A stretch of 64,000 nt of DNA from an uncultured Eubacteriales bacterium (GTDB lineage Bacteria > Acidobacteriota > Aminicenantia > Aminicenantales > UBA4085), in contig CAZKXI010000012.1 of NCBI GenBank assembly GCA_964556755.1, forward strand, positions 11,683 through 75,682, given 5' to 3'. Numbering within the stretch: the stretch's first letter is position 1; every line of letters starts with the position of its first letter. The translations under genes and the position numbers were made by a program. This document shows positions 1 to 12,262 of the stretch, one piece after another. Under the pieces are notes generated by a model. The model searched no databases, had not been told where the DNA came from, and was given only the letters and a program-made list of their open reading frames with translations.

Positions 1-1
1 C

Positions 2-406
2 GCCTTCCCGCCCCATCAGCAGCGGCAGGTCCGGCTGCAGCTGGCCTCCATCCTGCAGGCCGTGATCTCCCAGCGCCTGGTGCCGCGCCGGGACGGCAAG
101 GGGCGGGTGCCGGCGGTGGAGGTCCTGATCGCCACGCCTTATGTCCGGGAGTGCATCCAGGAGCGGGAGAAGACCTCGCTCATCCGCGACGCCCTGGCCG
201 CCGGGACGTCCCAGTACGGCATGCAGACCTTCGACCAGTCCGTCTTCCAGCTCTTCGACAAGGGCTACATCTCCTTCGATCAGGGCCTGCGCTACTCGAC
301 CAGCCCCGACAACTTCCGCCTCCGGGTCCAGGGCATCCAGTCGACCCAGGACATCGCCCGGGAGGAGATGGAGCTGAGCCTGGCCAAGGCCAAGCCGGCC
401 CGCTAG
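2..406 (+). CDS. pilT: Type IV pilus retraction ATPase PilT/PilU, C-terminal fragment (gene starts upstream of window)
   Basis: The frame is open from the window edge (AFPPHQQRQVRLQLASILQAVISQRLVPRRDG...). The C-terminal residues resemble the PilT/PilU ATPase tail. TAG stop at 404-406. Confidence 0.7.
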   Translation, partial: AFPPHQQRQVRLQLASILQAVISQRLVPRRDGKGRVPAVEVLIATPYVRECIQEREKTSLIRDALAAGTSQYGMQTFDQSVFQLFDKGYISFDQGLRYSTSPDNFRLRVQGIQSTQDIAREEMELSLAKAKPAR

Positions 407-421
407 GCCAAGGATCCCACC

Positions 422-3058
<2,637 letters not shown>

Positions 3059-3093
3059 GCTCTTCTCCTCCGCCCGATCACCTCGAGAGGCGA

Positions 3094-3702
3094 TTGACGC
3101 CCGGCCGGGGATTCCGGCATGATGGAGCCGTGAAGCTCTCGCTCCCCGCCCTGGGATTCCTGGCCGCGGCCGCCGTTCTCGGCGGCGCGGCGCGCGCCTC
3201 CGGCGCCGGCTTCCCGGCTTACCTCAAGACCAAGTATGATCCCCTGATCCGGACCTCGGCCCGTCGCCACGGCCTCGATCCGGCCCTCGTCCATGCCGTC
3301 ATCCAGGCCGAGTCGGCCTACAATCGCTGGGCCATCTCCGCGGCCGGAGCCCAGGGGCTGATGCAGCTGATGCCCGCGACGGCGGCCTTCTACAAAGTCG
3401 GGGACGTCTTCGATCCCGAGCAGAACATCGACGGGGGGGTCCGCTACCTCAAGGACCTGGACAAGCTCTATGACGGGAAGACATCCCTCGTCCTCGCGGC
3501 CTACAACGCCGGGCAGGCGGCCGTGGCGAAGTACAAGGGCATCCCCCCCTACAAGGAGACAAAAGCCTACATCGCCGCCGTTCAGGCGTCCTACCGCAAG
3601 GCCGGGACGAGGGTCCGGGCCCGCTTCTATACGACCGTCGATGCCCAGGGGCGCCGCATCGTGACCAACGATCCCGGCATGCTCCGACGCCCGGCCCGCT
3701 GA
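3094..3702 (+). CDS. Lytic transglycosylase (SLT domain), secreted
   Basis: SLT catalytic region (AVIQAESAYNRWAISAAGAQGLMQLMPATA). The N-terminal hydrophobic stretch fits a signal peptide. The start is uncertain: TTG at 3094 or GTG at 3130. Confidence 0.75.
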   Translation: MTPGRGFRHDGAVKLSLPALGFLAAAAVLGGAARASGAGFPAYLKTKYDPLIRTSARRHGLDPALVHAVIQAESAYNRWAISAAGAQGLMQLMPATAAFYKVGDVFDPEQNIDGGVRYLKDLDKLYDGKTSLVLAAYNAGQAAVAKYKGIPPYKETKAYIAAVQASYRKAGTRVRARFYTTVDAQGRRIVTNDPGMLRRPAR

Positions 3703-3727
3703 GGGCCGGGCCCTCTCCGGGCGATCC

Positions 3728-4666
3728 CTACAGATATCCCTTGATGGGCAGGCTGCGGGGGGTCAGGGTGAAGACGGCCGGCAGCGTTCCCAGCTGTTCG
3801 CCGTCGAATTCCAGAAGCACGGGCGGCTCGCCCGGCTCGGGCGAGGCTTCCACGCGCCGGCCGCGCAAGACGCTGACCTTGCGGTAGCGGATGTGCGATC
3901 CGTTCATCAGCTTCCAGCCCTGGCGGCAGAACTCGAGGAAGCGCATGCCTTTGACCAGGACGGTGTCGAAGAGGCCGTCGTCCAAGCGGGCTTCCGGAGC
4001 GATCTTCATGCCCTTGCCGAAGACGCGGCCGTTGGCCACGGCTCCGATGAGGTACTCGCTGCGCGGGACGTCCTGGCCGTCGATCCGGATGCGAACCCGC
4101 TTGGCGCGATAATGGGCCATGGTCTCGACCAGACAGCGAACGTAGGAGGAGGCCTTTCTCTCCAGGCGCCGTTGGTTGACCTTGTGGCAGACCTCGCCGC
4201 CGACCCCGAAGTCGGCCACGTTGAGGAAGACCCGCTCGGCCGGCCGGCCGGCCTCGTCCAGGAACTCGACCCGTCCGACGTCGATGGACTGGGTCGGGGC
4301 CTCGGTGATGATCTGCATGGCCCCTTCCAGGCGGGGGGGAATCCTCAAGGTCCGGGTCAGGTCGCAGCCCGAGCCGGACGGGAGGATGCCCAAGGCGGCC
4401 TCCGGATTGATCAGGCGGGCGTCGTCGTAGAAGCCGTTAGCGATCTCGTTCATCGTGCCGTCCCCTCCGACGCCGATGACCAGGTCGGTCCCCTCCCGCA
4501 GGGCCGAGCGGGCGATATCGATGGCCTGCAGGGGCTTCTCGGTGAACTCGACCTTGAACTCCCTGATGAAATGGAGCATGCCGGCCTTGATCTGGGACCA
4601 TCGACGCTGGGTCTGGCCCTTGGCCGAGGCGGGGTTGACGATGACTTGGGTCTTGAGATGCTTCAT
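3728..4666 (-). CDS. Diacylglycerol/lipid kinase family protein (YegS/DagK-like)
   Basis: Start MKHLKTQVIVNPASAKG. The GVGGDGT motif and the DAGK catalytic-domain layout are present. The longer 640-aa ORF in the track is an upstream GC-artefact extension. Confidence 0.8.
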   Translation of the reverse strand: MKHLKTQVIVNPASAKGQTQRRWSQIKAGMLHFIREFKVEFTEKPLQAIDIARSALREGTDLVIGVGGDGTMNEIANGFYDDARLINPEAALGILPSGSGCDLTRTLRIPPRLEGAMQIITEAPTQSIDVGRVEFLDEAGRPAERVFLNVADFGVGGEVCHKVNQRRLERKASSYVRCLVETMAHYRAKRVRIRIDGQDVPRSEYLIGAVANGRVFGKGMKIAPEARLDDGLFDTVLVKGMRFLEFCRQGWKLMNGSHIRYRKVSVLRGRRVEASPEPGEPPVLLEFDGEQLGTLPAVFTLTPRSLPIKGYL

Positions 4667-5184
4667 GAGGGGCTCCCAGGTTCGGGCGGATTCGAGGGAG
4701 CCGCGCCGGACCGCTGAACGAAGAGGTTGACGCCGATGGTCCCGCCCAGAGCGGCCAAGGCGGCGAAGACGGCGGCATTGAGGACGAAGCCGGCCAGAAA
4801 CCAGGGCAGCGAGAGAGGGGCGCCTCCGCCCTGGGTCAGCCATGACTCCCAGCCGGCCGGCATCTCCGGGACGTACTCGGCCATCCGCTCCAGGAAGCGG
4901 CGGGCGAAGGCCGCATTGAAGCGGGCCAAGGGGATGCTCATGAGGGACGAGACGGCCGCCGCCGCGACGCCGGCCAAGGCCCCGATCCGGGCCGCGTCTC
5001 CGGGCGGGGGCGGCACGGGAGAGGATCGGACCAGGAGGAATCCCGCCGCGATCCCGCCGCCGATGATCCACAGACAGCAGAGGCAGCCGGCGTAAGGCAG
5101 GCTCGACAGGGCTCCGGCCGCGGCGCCGGCGGCCAGGGCCGGCCAGATGGGGCGGGATCGGGGCCCGTTCATACTCCTGTCCAT
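4663..5184 (-). CDS. Hypothetical integral membrane protein
   Basis: 173-aa ORF with several hydrophobic helices. ATGA overlap with the downstream lipid kinase start, suggesting translational coupling. No family recognised. Confidence 0.45.
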   Translation of the reverse strand: MDRSMNGPRSRPIWPALAAGAAAGALSSLPYAGCLCCLWIIGGGIAAGFLLVRSSPVPPPPGDAARIGALAGVAAAAVSSLMSIPLARFNAAFARRFLERMAEYVPEMPAGWESWLTQGGGAPLSLPWFLAGFVLNAAVFAALAALGGTIGVNLFVQRSGAAPSNPPEPGSPS

Positions 5185-5196
5185 GGAAAGGACATT

Positions 5197-5655
5197 CTAT
5201 TTTTTTCCGGACCGGGACGCAATCAGGCCGCCCAGGCCGGCCAGGAAGTAGGGCGGAAGGATCAGGCCCCAGAGCCCGCCGACGGCGAAGCGCAGAAGGG
5301 CCGGGGAGCTCCACAGGCCGAGGATATTGCCGGCGGCATCGACGGCCAAAGGCAGGGAGACGGCCAGGAAAGTCCGGCGCGGCGGCAGCCGCAGGTCGGT
5401 CAGGGGGCGAAGCCAGGGCCGGATGAGGAGGCCCACGAAGGCCCCGCCGTAGATGCCGGCGCAGCGGGCGCAGACGGCCATCGGGAAGCCGGCCAGCGAG
5501 AAGCAGCGGCCGGGGTCTTGGTGGCAGAGGGGCGAGAAGGCCGCATAGAGGAAGACCGAGACGCGCGAGCCGCCGGCCAGCAGCAGGGGAGCGGCGACGA
5601 CGGCGGCCAGGCCCGCGGCCGCGGCGAGGAGGGACAAGCCGTAGAGCCAACCCAT
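5197..5655 (-). CDS. DUF2085 family membrane protein
   Basis: Conserved FSPLCHQ...CARCAGIY cysteine motifs typical of DUF2085. The start is ambiguous: the Met at 5655 or the one at 5676. Confidence 0.55.
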   Translation of the reverse strand: MGWLYGLSLLAAAAGLAAVVAAPLLLAGGSRVSVFLYAAFSPLCHQDPGRCFSLAGFPMAVCARCAGIYGGAFVGLLIRPWLRPLTDLRLPPRRTFLAVSLPLAVDAAGNILGLWSSPALLRFAVGGLWGLILPPYFLAGLGGLIASRSGKK

Positions 5656-5698
5656 TCCCGACCGCGGCGAGGTCATTACGGCCGGCTCTCGGCGGGGC

Positions 5699-6859
5699 TC
5701 AAGCCAGCTTCCGGCGGCGCATCTCGACAAGGGCCGCGGCCAGGATCAGGAAGGCGATCGTCGGGATCGATCGGTCCAAGTAGACGCGAAAGAGAGCCGG
5801 CCGCATCAGGTCGTAGATCGACAGGGCGATCACGGCCAGGTCCGCCGCCAGGAGGATCCGGAGGCCGCGGGGGAGCCGGGCCCAGGCGGCCAGGAGGAGG
5901 GAGACGGCCAGGATGGCCGACAGGTAGGTGTACTCCCAGCCCAGCGGCGAGATCAGAGGGATGAACAGGAGGAGCAGGCCGATCTCGAGCGGCTCGGGAC
6001 GATCCAGGCCGCGCCCCTTCCTCAGGACGAAGACCGTCGCCGCGGCCAGGACAGCGAGGCCGGCCGCGTAAAGAAGCGTCGCCGTCGGGCCCGGGCCGAT
6101 CCACTTGGCGAAGAAGGCCAGCAGCGAGACGTTGTCCCGGGAGACGAGAAGGGGGGGCGTGGACTGGGACAGCGTCCGAGCCCATTCCGCGTGGACCCGC
6201 CCATTGCCCTCCCAGCCGTAGAAGACGCTCGGCAGCAGGAGAGAGGCGGCCACAAAGCCGGTTGCCGTCATGAAGGCCGTCCAACGCCTCCGGAGGAGGA
6301 GATAGGGCAGCATGATCAGGCCGTAGGGCTTGAGGGCCGCCCCCAGGCCGGCCAGTAGGCCGGCAGCGGCTTGGCCTGCCGGCCGGCGGGACGCCGACCC
6401 CCGGGGGGCCGAAAGCAGCCAGGCCAAGCCGAGGAAGAGGGCGGTTATGACGGCGTTGATCTGGCCGAGCTCGAGCTCCCGCAGGAAATACTTGGCCAGG
6501 ATGAGGGCGGGCAGGGCCGCCCGCCAGGGGCCGGTCCGGCGATCGAGGCCCGATAAGCGGGCTGACCAGGCGGCGGCGGCGAGGATGGCGGCCAGGACCA
6601 GGGCCAGCCAGGCGGCCTTGGCGGCCGGCAGCGGGAGGAGGGCCAGGGGGACATAGATCATGGCCGAGAAGGGGGCGTACTTGAACTGGTAGTGCTCGTC
6701 GGAGACGCGGTAGAGCGTCTCCCCGTGAAGAAGGCGATCTCCGGCCTGCCGATTGACCTGGAAGTCCCGCAGAGGGCCCCGGCCGGAGGCCACAAGCCCC
6801 CATCCCGCGGCCAACAGAGCCGCGGTGAGGACGAGGAGACGGGCCGGGGCGCGGACCAT
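5699..6859 (-). CDS. Polytopic membrane glycosyltransferase-like protein (GT87/DUF2029-like)
   Basis: 386-aa very hydrophobic ORF with about 10 predicted TM helices. The N-terminal loop carries the DE/FQ motif arrangement seen in GT-C/DUF2029 mannosyltransferase-like proteins. Confidence 0.55.
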   Translation of the reverse strand: MVRAPARLLVLTAALLAAGWGLVASGRGPLRDFQVNRQAGDRLLHGETLYRVSDEHYQFKYAPFSAMIYVPLALLPLPAAKAAWLALVLAAILAAAAWSARLSGLDRRTGPWRAALPALILAKYFLRELELGQINAVITALFLGLAWLLSAPRGSASRRPAGQAAAGLLAGLGAALKPYGLIMLPYLLLRRRWTAFMTATGFVAASLLLPSVFYGWEGNGRVHAEWARTLSQSTPPLLVSRDNVSLLAFFAKWIGPGPTATLLYAAGLAVLAAATVFVLRKGRGLDRPEPLEIGLLLLFIPLISPLGWEYTYLSAILAVSLLLAAWARLPRGLRILLAADLAVIALSIYDLMRPALFRVYLDRSIPTIAFLILAAALVEMRRRKLA

Positions 6860-6974
6860 GGGACCTCAACCTACCCGATGAGCACGGACAAGTCAATCCG
6901 CCGATTGACAGAGCCTCGAGGCCATGTCAAAATATCCATTCATCCGGGCCGCGACGCGGCCTTCAGGAGGCATC

Positions 6975-8801
6975 ATGAAGCTCAAATCCGTTTCCATTGC
7001 TCTCTGCCTGGCGCTCTGCGCCGGCTCTCTCTCGGCCCGGCCCGCGCAGGACGATCCGGCCCTCAAGCGGCTGGAAGAGTCCGGCCCCGGCGTCTTGGCC
7101 CTGGTCGCCCTGGACAAGGACGGCAAGGAGATCGCCAAGGGCTCGGCCATCGTGGTCGCCAAGGACGCCGCCATCACCAGCTATCACCTTGTCAGCGGCG
7201 CCGCCTCGGCCGTCGGATACAACAACAAGAAGAAGAAGGTCGACATCGAGGGCCTCCTGGCCGTCGATAAGAGCCTCGATTTGGCCCTGATCCGGATCAA
7301 GGGCAAGGCGACTCCTCTCGTCCCGGCCTCCGGGGCCCTGGCCAAGGGCTTCAAGTTCGTGGCCGTCGGAGGCAATGAGGCGGGCGAGATCGTGGTCGGC
7401 TCGGGCGACATACGCGAGCTGCGCGATCTGGGCGGCGGCCTGTCGATCGGCGAAGCCAGCGCCGGCGTGCCCGAGACCTTCTCGGGGGCCCCCGTCTTCG
7501 GCGAGGACGGCAAGCTGGCCGGCCTGCTGACCATCCTGGACCGGCGCCTGCGGTTCGTCGTCCCGGCTTCGGCCTTGACCGGATTGAAGGCCGCGGCCCT
7601 GCAGCCGCTCGCGTCGCGCCAGGCCGAAGACTATCTGGCCACCTTCGAGGGCGCCTGGCTGGCCGGCCGCCTCTACAACTGGATGGACGAGTCGCTCAAC
7701 GCCCAGCGGAACCTGGAGAAGGTGGTCAAGGCCCAAGCCGGCAACCTGGCCGCCTGGACCCTGCTCTCCTCGGTCTACAACAAGCAGCGCGACTACGCCA
7801 ACGCGGTGACGGCCTTCAAGAAGGTCATCGAGATCGACGCCCAGAGCGTCCCCGCCCATATCGGCCTCGGCGAGGTCCTGGTCCGAATCCAGAAGCCGAT
7901 GGAAGCTGCCCCTTACCTGGAGAAGGCCCTGGCCCTGGACCCGAGCCGGAAGGAAGCCCTGATGTTCCTCGGCAACGCCTACCAGGACGGACGGGAATGG
8001 GCCAAGGCCGCCGAGGCCTACGAGAAGTACCTGGCCGCCCAGCCGGCCAACGCCTGGACGATCTATAAGGCCATCGGCGACTGCCGGATGGAGACCAAGG
8101 AGTTCGACAAGGCCGCGGCCGCCTTCGGCGAGGCCGTCAAGGGCCAGCCCGACGACCAGTCCCTGGCCTACCGCCAGGCCCGGGCCCTGGAGCAGGCCGC
8201 CAAGTACGACGAGGCGGCCGCCGTCTACGCCAAGCTGGCCGAGCTGAGCCCCAAGGACGCCCGCAACTACTACCAGGGCATCCTGGCCATGTACGACAAG
8301 GCCAATCAGCCGGACAAGGCCATCGCCGCCGGCCGGAAGCTGATCGAGATCAACCCCCGCGACCCCGAGGCCTACTACAACCTCGGCTTCATGTACCAGA
8401 AGCTGCAGAACTACCCCGAGGCCATCGCCCAGTTCCGCAAGTCGGTCGAGGTCAATCCCTCCAACGGCAACGCCTGGTTCCAGATCGGCTACTGCTACTA
8501 CATGCAGAAGAACTACCCCGAGGCGGACAAGGCGTTCCAGAAGAACGTCGAGATCGTCTCCGACAGCTTCTACGGCTACCTCTACATCGGCATGTGCCGG
8601 ATGCAGACCAAGCAGTTCGCGGCGGCCATGGACCCGATCAAGAAGGCCGTCGATCTGAAGCCGGATGATGCCACGGCCCTCTTCAACCTGGGCATCATCT
8701 ACTTGAACCTGAAGGACCGCTACAGCGCCCGCGAAGTGGCCAACAAGCTGCAGAGCCTGGACGCCGGCCTGGCGGCCAAGCTGCGCGGCTACATCAAGTA
8801 A
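6975..8801 (+). CDS. Secreted trypsin-like-domain / tetratricopeptide-repeat fusion protein
   Basis: Signal peptide MKLKSVSIALCLALCAGSLSA. The first ~200 aa are a chymotrypsin-fold-like domain (SYHLV, LDLALIRI, FSGAPVF). More than ten TPR-like repeats follow. An AGGAGG RBS precedes the ATG. Confidence 0.75.
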   Translation: MKLKSVSIALCLALCAGSLSARPAQDDPALKRLEESGPGVLALVALDKDGKEIAKGSAIVVAKDAAITSYHLVSGAASAVGYNNKKKKVDIEGLLAVDKSLDLALIRIKGKATPLVPASGALAKGFKFVAVGGNEAGEIVVGSGDIRELRDLGGGLSIGEASAGVPETFSGAPVFGEDGKLAGLLTILDRRLRFVVPASALTGLKAAALQPLASRQAEDYLATFEGAWLAGRLYNWMDESLNAQRNLEKVVKAQAGNLAAWTLLSSVYNKQRDYANAVTAFKKVIEIDAQSVPAHIGLGEVLVRIQKPMEAAPYLEKALALDPSRKEALMFLGNAYQDGREWAKAAEAYEKYLAAQPANAWTIYKAIGDCRMETKEFDKAAAAFGEAVKGQPDDQSLAYRQARALEQAAKYDEAAAVYAKLAELSPKDARNYYQGILAMYDKANQPDKAIAAGRKLIEINPRDPEAYYNLGFMYQKLQNYPEAIAQFRKSVEVNPSNGNAWFQIGYCYYMQKNYPEADKAFQKNVEIVSDSFYGYLYIGMCRMQTKQFAAAMDPIKKAVDLKPDDATALFNLGIIYLNLKDRYSAREVANKLQSLDAGLAAKLRGYIK

Positions 8802-8822
8802 GCGTCTCGCCGCTTCCCCCCG

Positions 8823-8848
8823 CCCCCATCCCCGGTCGGGGATGGGGG
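8823..8848 (+). terminator. Putative intrinsic terminator hairpin after the TPR gene
   Basis: CCCCCATCCCC-GGTC-GGGGATGGGGG hairpin followed by a pyrimidine/T-rich tract. Confidence 0.4.
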
Positions 8849-8879
8849 CTTCTCCCCTCCCTTTTCTTCCCGGCCCGGA

Positions 8880-8908
8880 TTGACAGGGACGGCGGCGTAG
8901 GGTAAGAT
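8880..8908 (+). promoter_or_regulatory. Sigma70-type promoter upstream of tRNA-Leu
   Basis: TTGACA, a 17-nt spacer, then TAAGAT, about 75 nt upstream of the tRNA 5' end. Confidence 0.5.
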
Positions 8909-8983
8909 ACGCCTCTTCAGCTCCCCCGTTCCTTTCGAACACGTCTCCTGGATTCCTCGACGCGACGGCGGAATGCTTCATAT

Positions 8984-9066
8984 GGGCAGGTGGCGGAACG
9001 GCAGACGCGCTAGGCTTAGGACCTAGTTCCTGAAAGGGAGTGCGGGTTCGATTCCCGCTCTGCCCA
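8984..9066 (+). tRNA. tRNA-Leu (anticodon UAG)
   Basis: Cloverleaf can be drawn by hand. Acceptor stem GGGCAGG/TCTGCCC, D-arm GCGG..CGCG, anticodon stem CTAGG/CCTAG with loop CTTAGGA (UAG), a long variable arm, T-arm GCGGG-TTCGATT-CCCGC. CCA is not encoded. Confidence 0.85.
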
Positions 9067-9097
9067 TGAACGATCCCCGGACAAGGATGGGATTCCC

Positions 9098-10378
9098 ATG
9101 ACCGAAACGACCGACCGCCTGACAAGCCAGGTGCAGGATCTTGATCCGGTCCGCAAGGAGATTCGGGCCGAGCTGAGCGCGGCCGAAGTGGCCCACGAGC
9201 TCGAGCACGTCCTGGAGCACTTCGCCGAGCGGGCTCGGCTCAAGGGCTTCCGGGCCGGCAAGGCCCCCCTCGACATGGTCAAGCAGATCTACCAGCACGA
9301 GATCCGGCACGCCCTCATCGACGAGCTGGTGCCCCGGGTCCTCGAGGAAGTTTTGACGGAGCGCGCCCTCCGCCCGGTCGGCACGCCGCGGATCGAGGAC
9401 CTGTCCCTGGAGGACGGGCAGCCGCTGCGCTTCAAGGCCATCATCGAGGTTTGGCCGGAGTTCGCCCTGCCGGCCTACCGCAAGGTCCGAACGAGCCTGA
9501 AGCCGGCCGAGGTGACGGAAGCCGAGGTGGACAAGACCGTCGAGGACCTGCGGCGCAAGTCGGCCGAATACGATCCGGTCGAGGGCCGGGGCGTCCAGGA
9601 GGGCGACTACGTGGTCATCGAGCTGCAGGGCCGGGACCTGCGGACCAAGCGGATGCGGCCGACGGAGAAGACGGTCATCCTGGTCGGGCGGCCCGGCAAC
9701 GACCCGGCCGTGGACGAGAACGTGCGCGGCCTCCGGGCGGGGGAGGGCAAGGTCTTCCAGACCGCCTACCCCGAGGACGCTCCGGTCCGAGCCTTGGCCG
9801 GCAAGGCCGTCGAGTACAGCCTCAAGGTCCAGTCCATCAAGGCCGAGCGGCTGCCCGAGGCCAACGACGAGTTCGCCCGCAGCCTGGGCGAGTTCGAGAG
9901 CCTGGCCGGGCTGAAGGACAAGATCCGGGCCGAGCTGGGCAAGTCGCGGGAGGCGCAGGCCCGGCGGGACGCCTCCGAGGACGTCCTCCGGCAGCTGATC
10001 GAGCAGACGGCCATGACCCTGCCTCCGGCGGCCGTCGACGAGGAGGCCGAGGAGGTGTTGAAGAAGACCTTCCAATCCGTTCCGGCCGAGAGCGTCACGC
10101 CCGAGCTGGTCGAGCAGTTCCGCCCGCGGGCCCGGGAGCAGGCCGCCGCGGCCATCCAGCGCCAGCTTCTGCTGCAGCGGATCGCCGAGGCCGAGAAGAT
10201 CGCCGTCTCCGACGACGAGGTCGACCAGGAGATCCGCGACCTGGCCCAGGCCAACGGCGTCCCGCCCGCCCGGCTGCTGGACAGCTTCGCCCAGGAAGGA
10301 CGCCGGGAAGGCCTGCGGGCCAGCCTGATCCTGCGCAAGACCGTTGACTTCCTGGTCGGCCAGGCTATAATGGAGTGA
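9098..10378 (+). CDS. tig: Trigger factor
   Basis: 426 aa. N-terminal ribosome-binding domain, an FKBP-like PPIase region and a C-terminal domain. The tig-clpP-clpX gene order is conserved. Confidence 0.9.
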   Translation: MTETTDRLTSQVQDLDPVRKEIRAELSAAEVAHELEHVLEHFAERARLKGFRAGKAPLDMVKQIYQHEIRHALIDELVPRVLEEVLTERALRPVGTPRIEDLSLEDGQPLRFKAIIEVWPEFALPAYRKVRTSLKPAEVTEAEVDKTVEDLRRKSAEYDPVEGRGVQEGDYVVIELQGRDLRTKRMRPTEKTVILVGRPGNDPAVDENVRGLRAGEGKVFQTAYPEDAPVRALAGKAVEYSLKVQSIKAERLPEANDEFARSLGEFESLAGLKDKIRAELGKSREAQARRDASEDVLRQLIEQTAMTLPPAAVDEEAEEVLKKTFQSVPAESVTPELVEQFRPRAREQAAAAIQRQLLLQRIAEAEKIAVSDDEVDQEIRDLAQANGVPPARLLDSFAQEGRREGLRASLILRKTVDFLVGQAIME

Positions 10379-10400
10379 CCGGGTTCCCCGGGATTTCCCC

Positions 10401-10997
10401 ATGACCCTCATCCCCTTCGTCGTGGAACAGGACGGCCGCTCGGAGCGGGCCTACGACATCTACTCGCGCCTGCTGCGCGACAACATCATCTTCATCGGGA
10501 CGGAGATCGACGACGCCCTGGCCAACACGGTCATCGCCCAGCTCCTGTTCCTGGAGGCCGAGAACCCGGACAAGGAGATCTCGCTGTACATCAACTCGCC
10601 GGGCGGCTCGATCACGGCCGGCCTGGCCATCTACGACACCATGCAGTACGTCGGCAACGAGATCACGACCATCGGCGTCGGCCAGGCCGCCAGCATGGCC
10701 GCCGTGCTCCTGGCGGCCGGCACGCCGGGCAAGCGCATCGCCCTGCCCAACACCCGGGTCCTGCTGCACCAGCCCCACGGCGGCGCCCAAGGCCAGGCTT
10801 CGGACATCGCCATCCAGGCCAAGGAGATCCTGCGGATGAGGGAGTCGCTCTACCACATCCTGGTCAAGCACACCCGCCAGCCCAAGACCCGGATCCAGGC
10901 CGACATCGAGCGCGACTACATCCTGACGGCGGCCCAGGCCCGGGAGTACGGCCTCATCGACCAGATCTACACCAGCCGCGCCCCCGGCCGGAAGTAG
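10401..10997 (+). CDS. clpP: ATP-dependent Clp protease proteolytic subunit
   Basis: Ser-His-Asp triad context (GQAASMAA...H...D). Strongly ClpP-like throughout. Confidence 0.95.
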   Translation: MTLIPFVVEQDGRSERAYDIYSRLLRDNIIFIGTEIDDALANTVIAQLLFLEAENPDKEISLYINSPGGSITAGLAIYDTMQYVGNEITTIGVGQAASMAAVLLAAGTPGKRIALPNTRVLLHQPHGGAQGQASDIAIQAKEILRMRESLYHILVKHTRQPKTRIQADIERDYILTAAQAREYGLIDQIYTSRAPGRK

Positions 10998-11010
10998 GGC
11001 GGAAGAGGCC

Positions 11011-12261
11011 ATGGACGAGATCAAGAGCGGACGGACCGACAGCCCGGTCAAGTGCGCCTTCTGCGGCCGCGGCCAGGACAAGGTCCGCCGGCTGATCGCC
11101 GGCCCGGGCGGCGTCTTCATCTGCGACCAGTGCGTCGACGTGGCCCACTCGATCGTCGAGGCCGACCGGCCCAAGCCGGCCCCGGAGAAGGAGCCCGAGC
11201 CGGAGCCGGCCCCCGTTCCGGCCGCGATCAAGGCCGCCCTCGACGAGCACATGATCGGCCAGGAGCGGGCCAAGAAGAAGATCGCCGTGGCCGTCTACAA
11301 CCACTACAAGCGCATCAGCCTGCCCCGGGCGGCCGGGGACGTGGAGATCGCCAAGAGCAACATCCTGCTGATCGGGCCGACCGGGACCGGCAAGACCCTG
11401 ACGGCCCAGATCCTGGCCAAGATCCTCTCGGTGCCGTTCGCCATCGCCGACGCCACCACCCTGACCGAGGCCGGCTACGTCGGCGAAGACGTGGAGAACG
11501 TCATCCTCAAGCTCTACCAGGCGGCTCACGGCGACCTGAAGAAGGCCCAGAAGGGCATCATCTACATCGACGAGATCGACAAGATCAGCCGCAAGAGCGA
11601 CAGCCCCTCGATCACCCGGGACGTCTCCGGCGAGGGCGTCCAGCAGGCCCTGCTGAAGATCATCGAGGGGACCTCGGCCAACATCCCGCCCCAGGGCGGG
11701 CGCAAGCATCCGCTTCAGGAGTTCATCCCGGTCGACACGACCGACATCCTGTTCATCTGCGGCGGCGCCTTCGTCGGCCTGGACCGCATCATCGCCCAGC
11801 GCCTGGGCCGGTCCATGGTCGGCTTCCGGGCCGAGGCCAAGGTCGGCCCGGAGGCGGCCCCGGCCCTGCTGGCCGACCTCATCCCCCAGGACCTGATCAA
11901 GTACGGCCTGATCCCGGAGCTGGTCGGGCGCATCCCGGTGGTGGCCGTCTTCGACGACCTGGGGGAGGACGACCTGGTCGCCATCCTGACCCGGCCCCGC
12001 AACGCCATCGTCCGCCAGTACCAGAAGCTCTTCCAAATGGAGGGCGTCGACTTGGAGTTCAGCGAGGAGGCCCTGGCGGCCATCGCCCGCCGGTCCCTGC
12101 AGCGCAAGCTGGGGGCCCGCGGCCTGCGGACGATCATCGAGGATCTCATGCTCGACCTGATGTTCGACCTGCCGTCGGCGCGCAAGCCCGGGCGGATCAA
12201 GATCACCAAGCGGATGGTCGAGGAGTCCGGTGCCGAGCGGGCCAAGGCCGGAGGAGAGTGA
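11011..12261 (+). CDS. clpX: ATP-dependent Clp protease ATP-binding subunit ClpX
   Basis: N-terminal C4 zinc finger (CAFCGR...CDQC). Walker A GPTGTGKT and Walker [10 protein letters not shown]. Confidence 0.95.
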   Translation: MDEIKSGRTDSPVKCAFCGRGQDKVRRLIAGPGGVFICDQCVDVAHSIVEADRPKPAPEKEPEPEPAPVPAAIKAALDEHMIGQERAKKKIAVAVYNHYKRISLPRAAGDVEIAKSNILLIGPTGTGKTLTAQILAKILSVPFAIADATTLTEAGYVGEDVENVILKLYQAAHGDLKKAQKGIIYIDEIDKISRKSDSPSITRDVSGEGVQQALLKIIEGTSANIPPQGGRKHPLQEFIPVDTTDILFICGGAFVGLDRIIAQRLGRSMVGFRAEAKVGPEAAPALLADLIPQDLIKYGLIPELVGRIPVVAVFDDLGEDDLVAILTRPRNAIVRQYQKLFQMEGVDLEFSEEALAAIARRSLQRKLGARGLRTIIEDLMLDLMFDLPSARKPGRIKITKRMVEESGAERAKAGGE

Positions 12262-12262
12262 C

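Noticed and set aside
3728-5650. 640-aa ORF fusing the lipid kinase to upstream sequence
   Set aside because: Only the C-terminal 313 aa (from MKHLKTQ) look like a real protein. The N-terminal 330 aa are Arg/Pro/Gly-rich nonsense that overlaps two well-supported membrane-protein genes in other frames.
8984-9066. tRNA-Leu as a possible integration site for the low-GC island
   Set aside because: The tRNA is about 8 kb away from the island, with core housekeeping genes (tig-clpPX-lon-rho) in between. No duplicated tRNA 3' fragment was seen at the island edges.
6963-9125. 720-aa minus-strand ORF antisense to the TPR gene, and similar long antisense ORFs (9023-10411, 10954-12474, 12203-14731, 14490-16469, 26879-29899, 35930-37900, 37942-39642, 47688-51446, 25029-26690 plus-strand frame)
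   Set aside because: Their translations are low-complexity (Gly/Arg/Ala/Pro/Asp/Leu-rich) with no family signatures. They lie opposite strongly supported genes. Long stop-free antisense frames are expected at ~70% GC.
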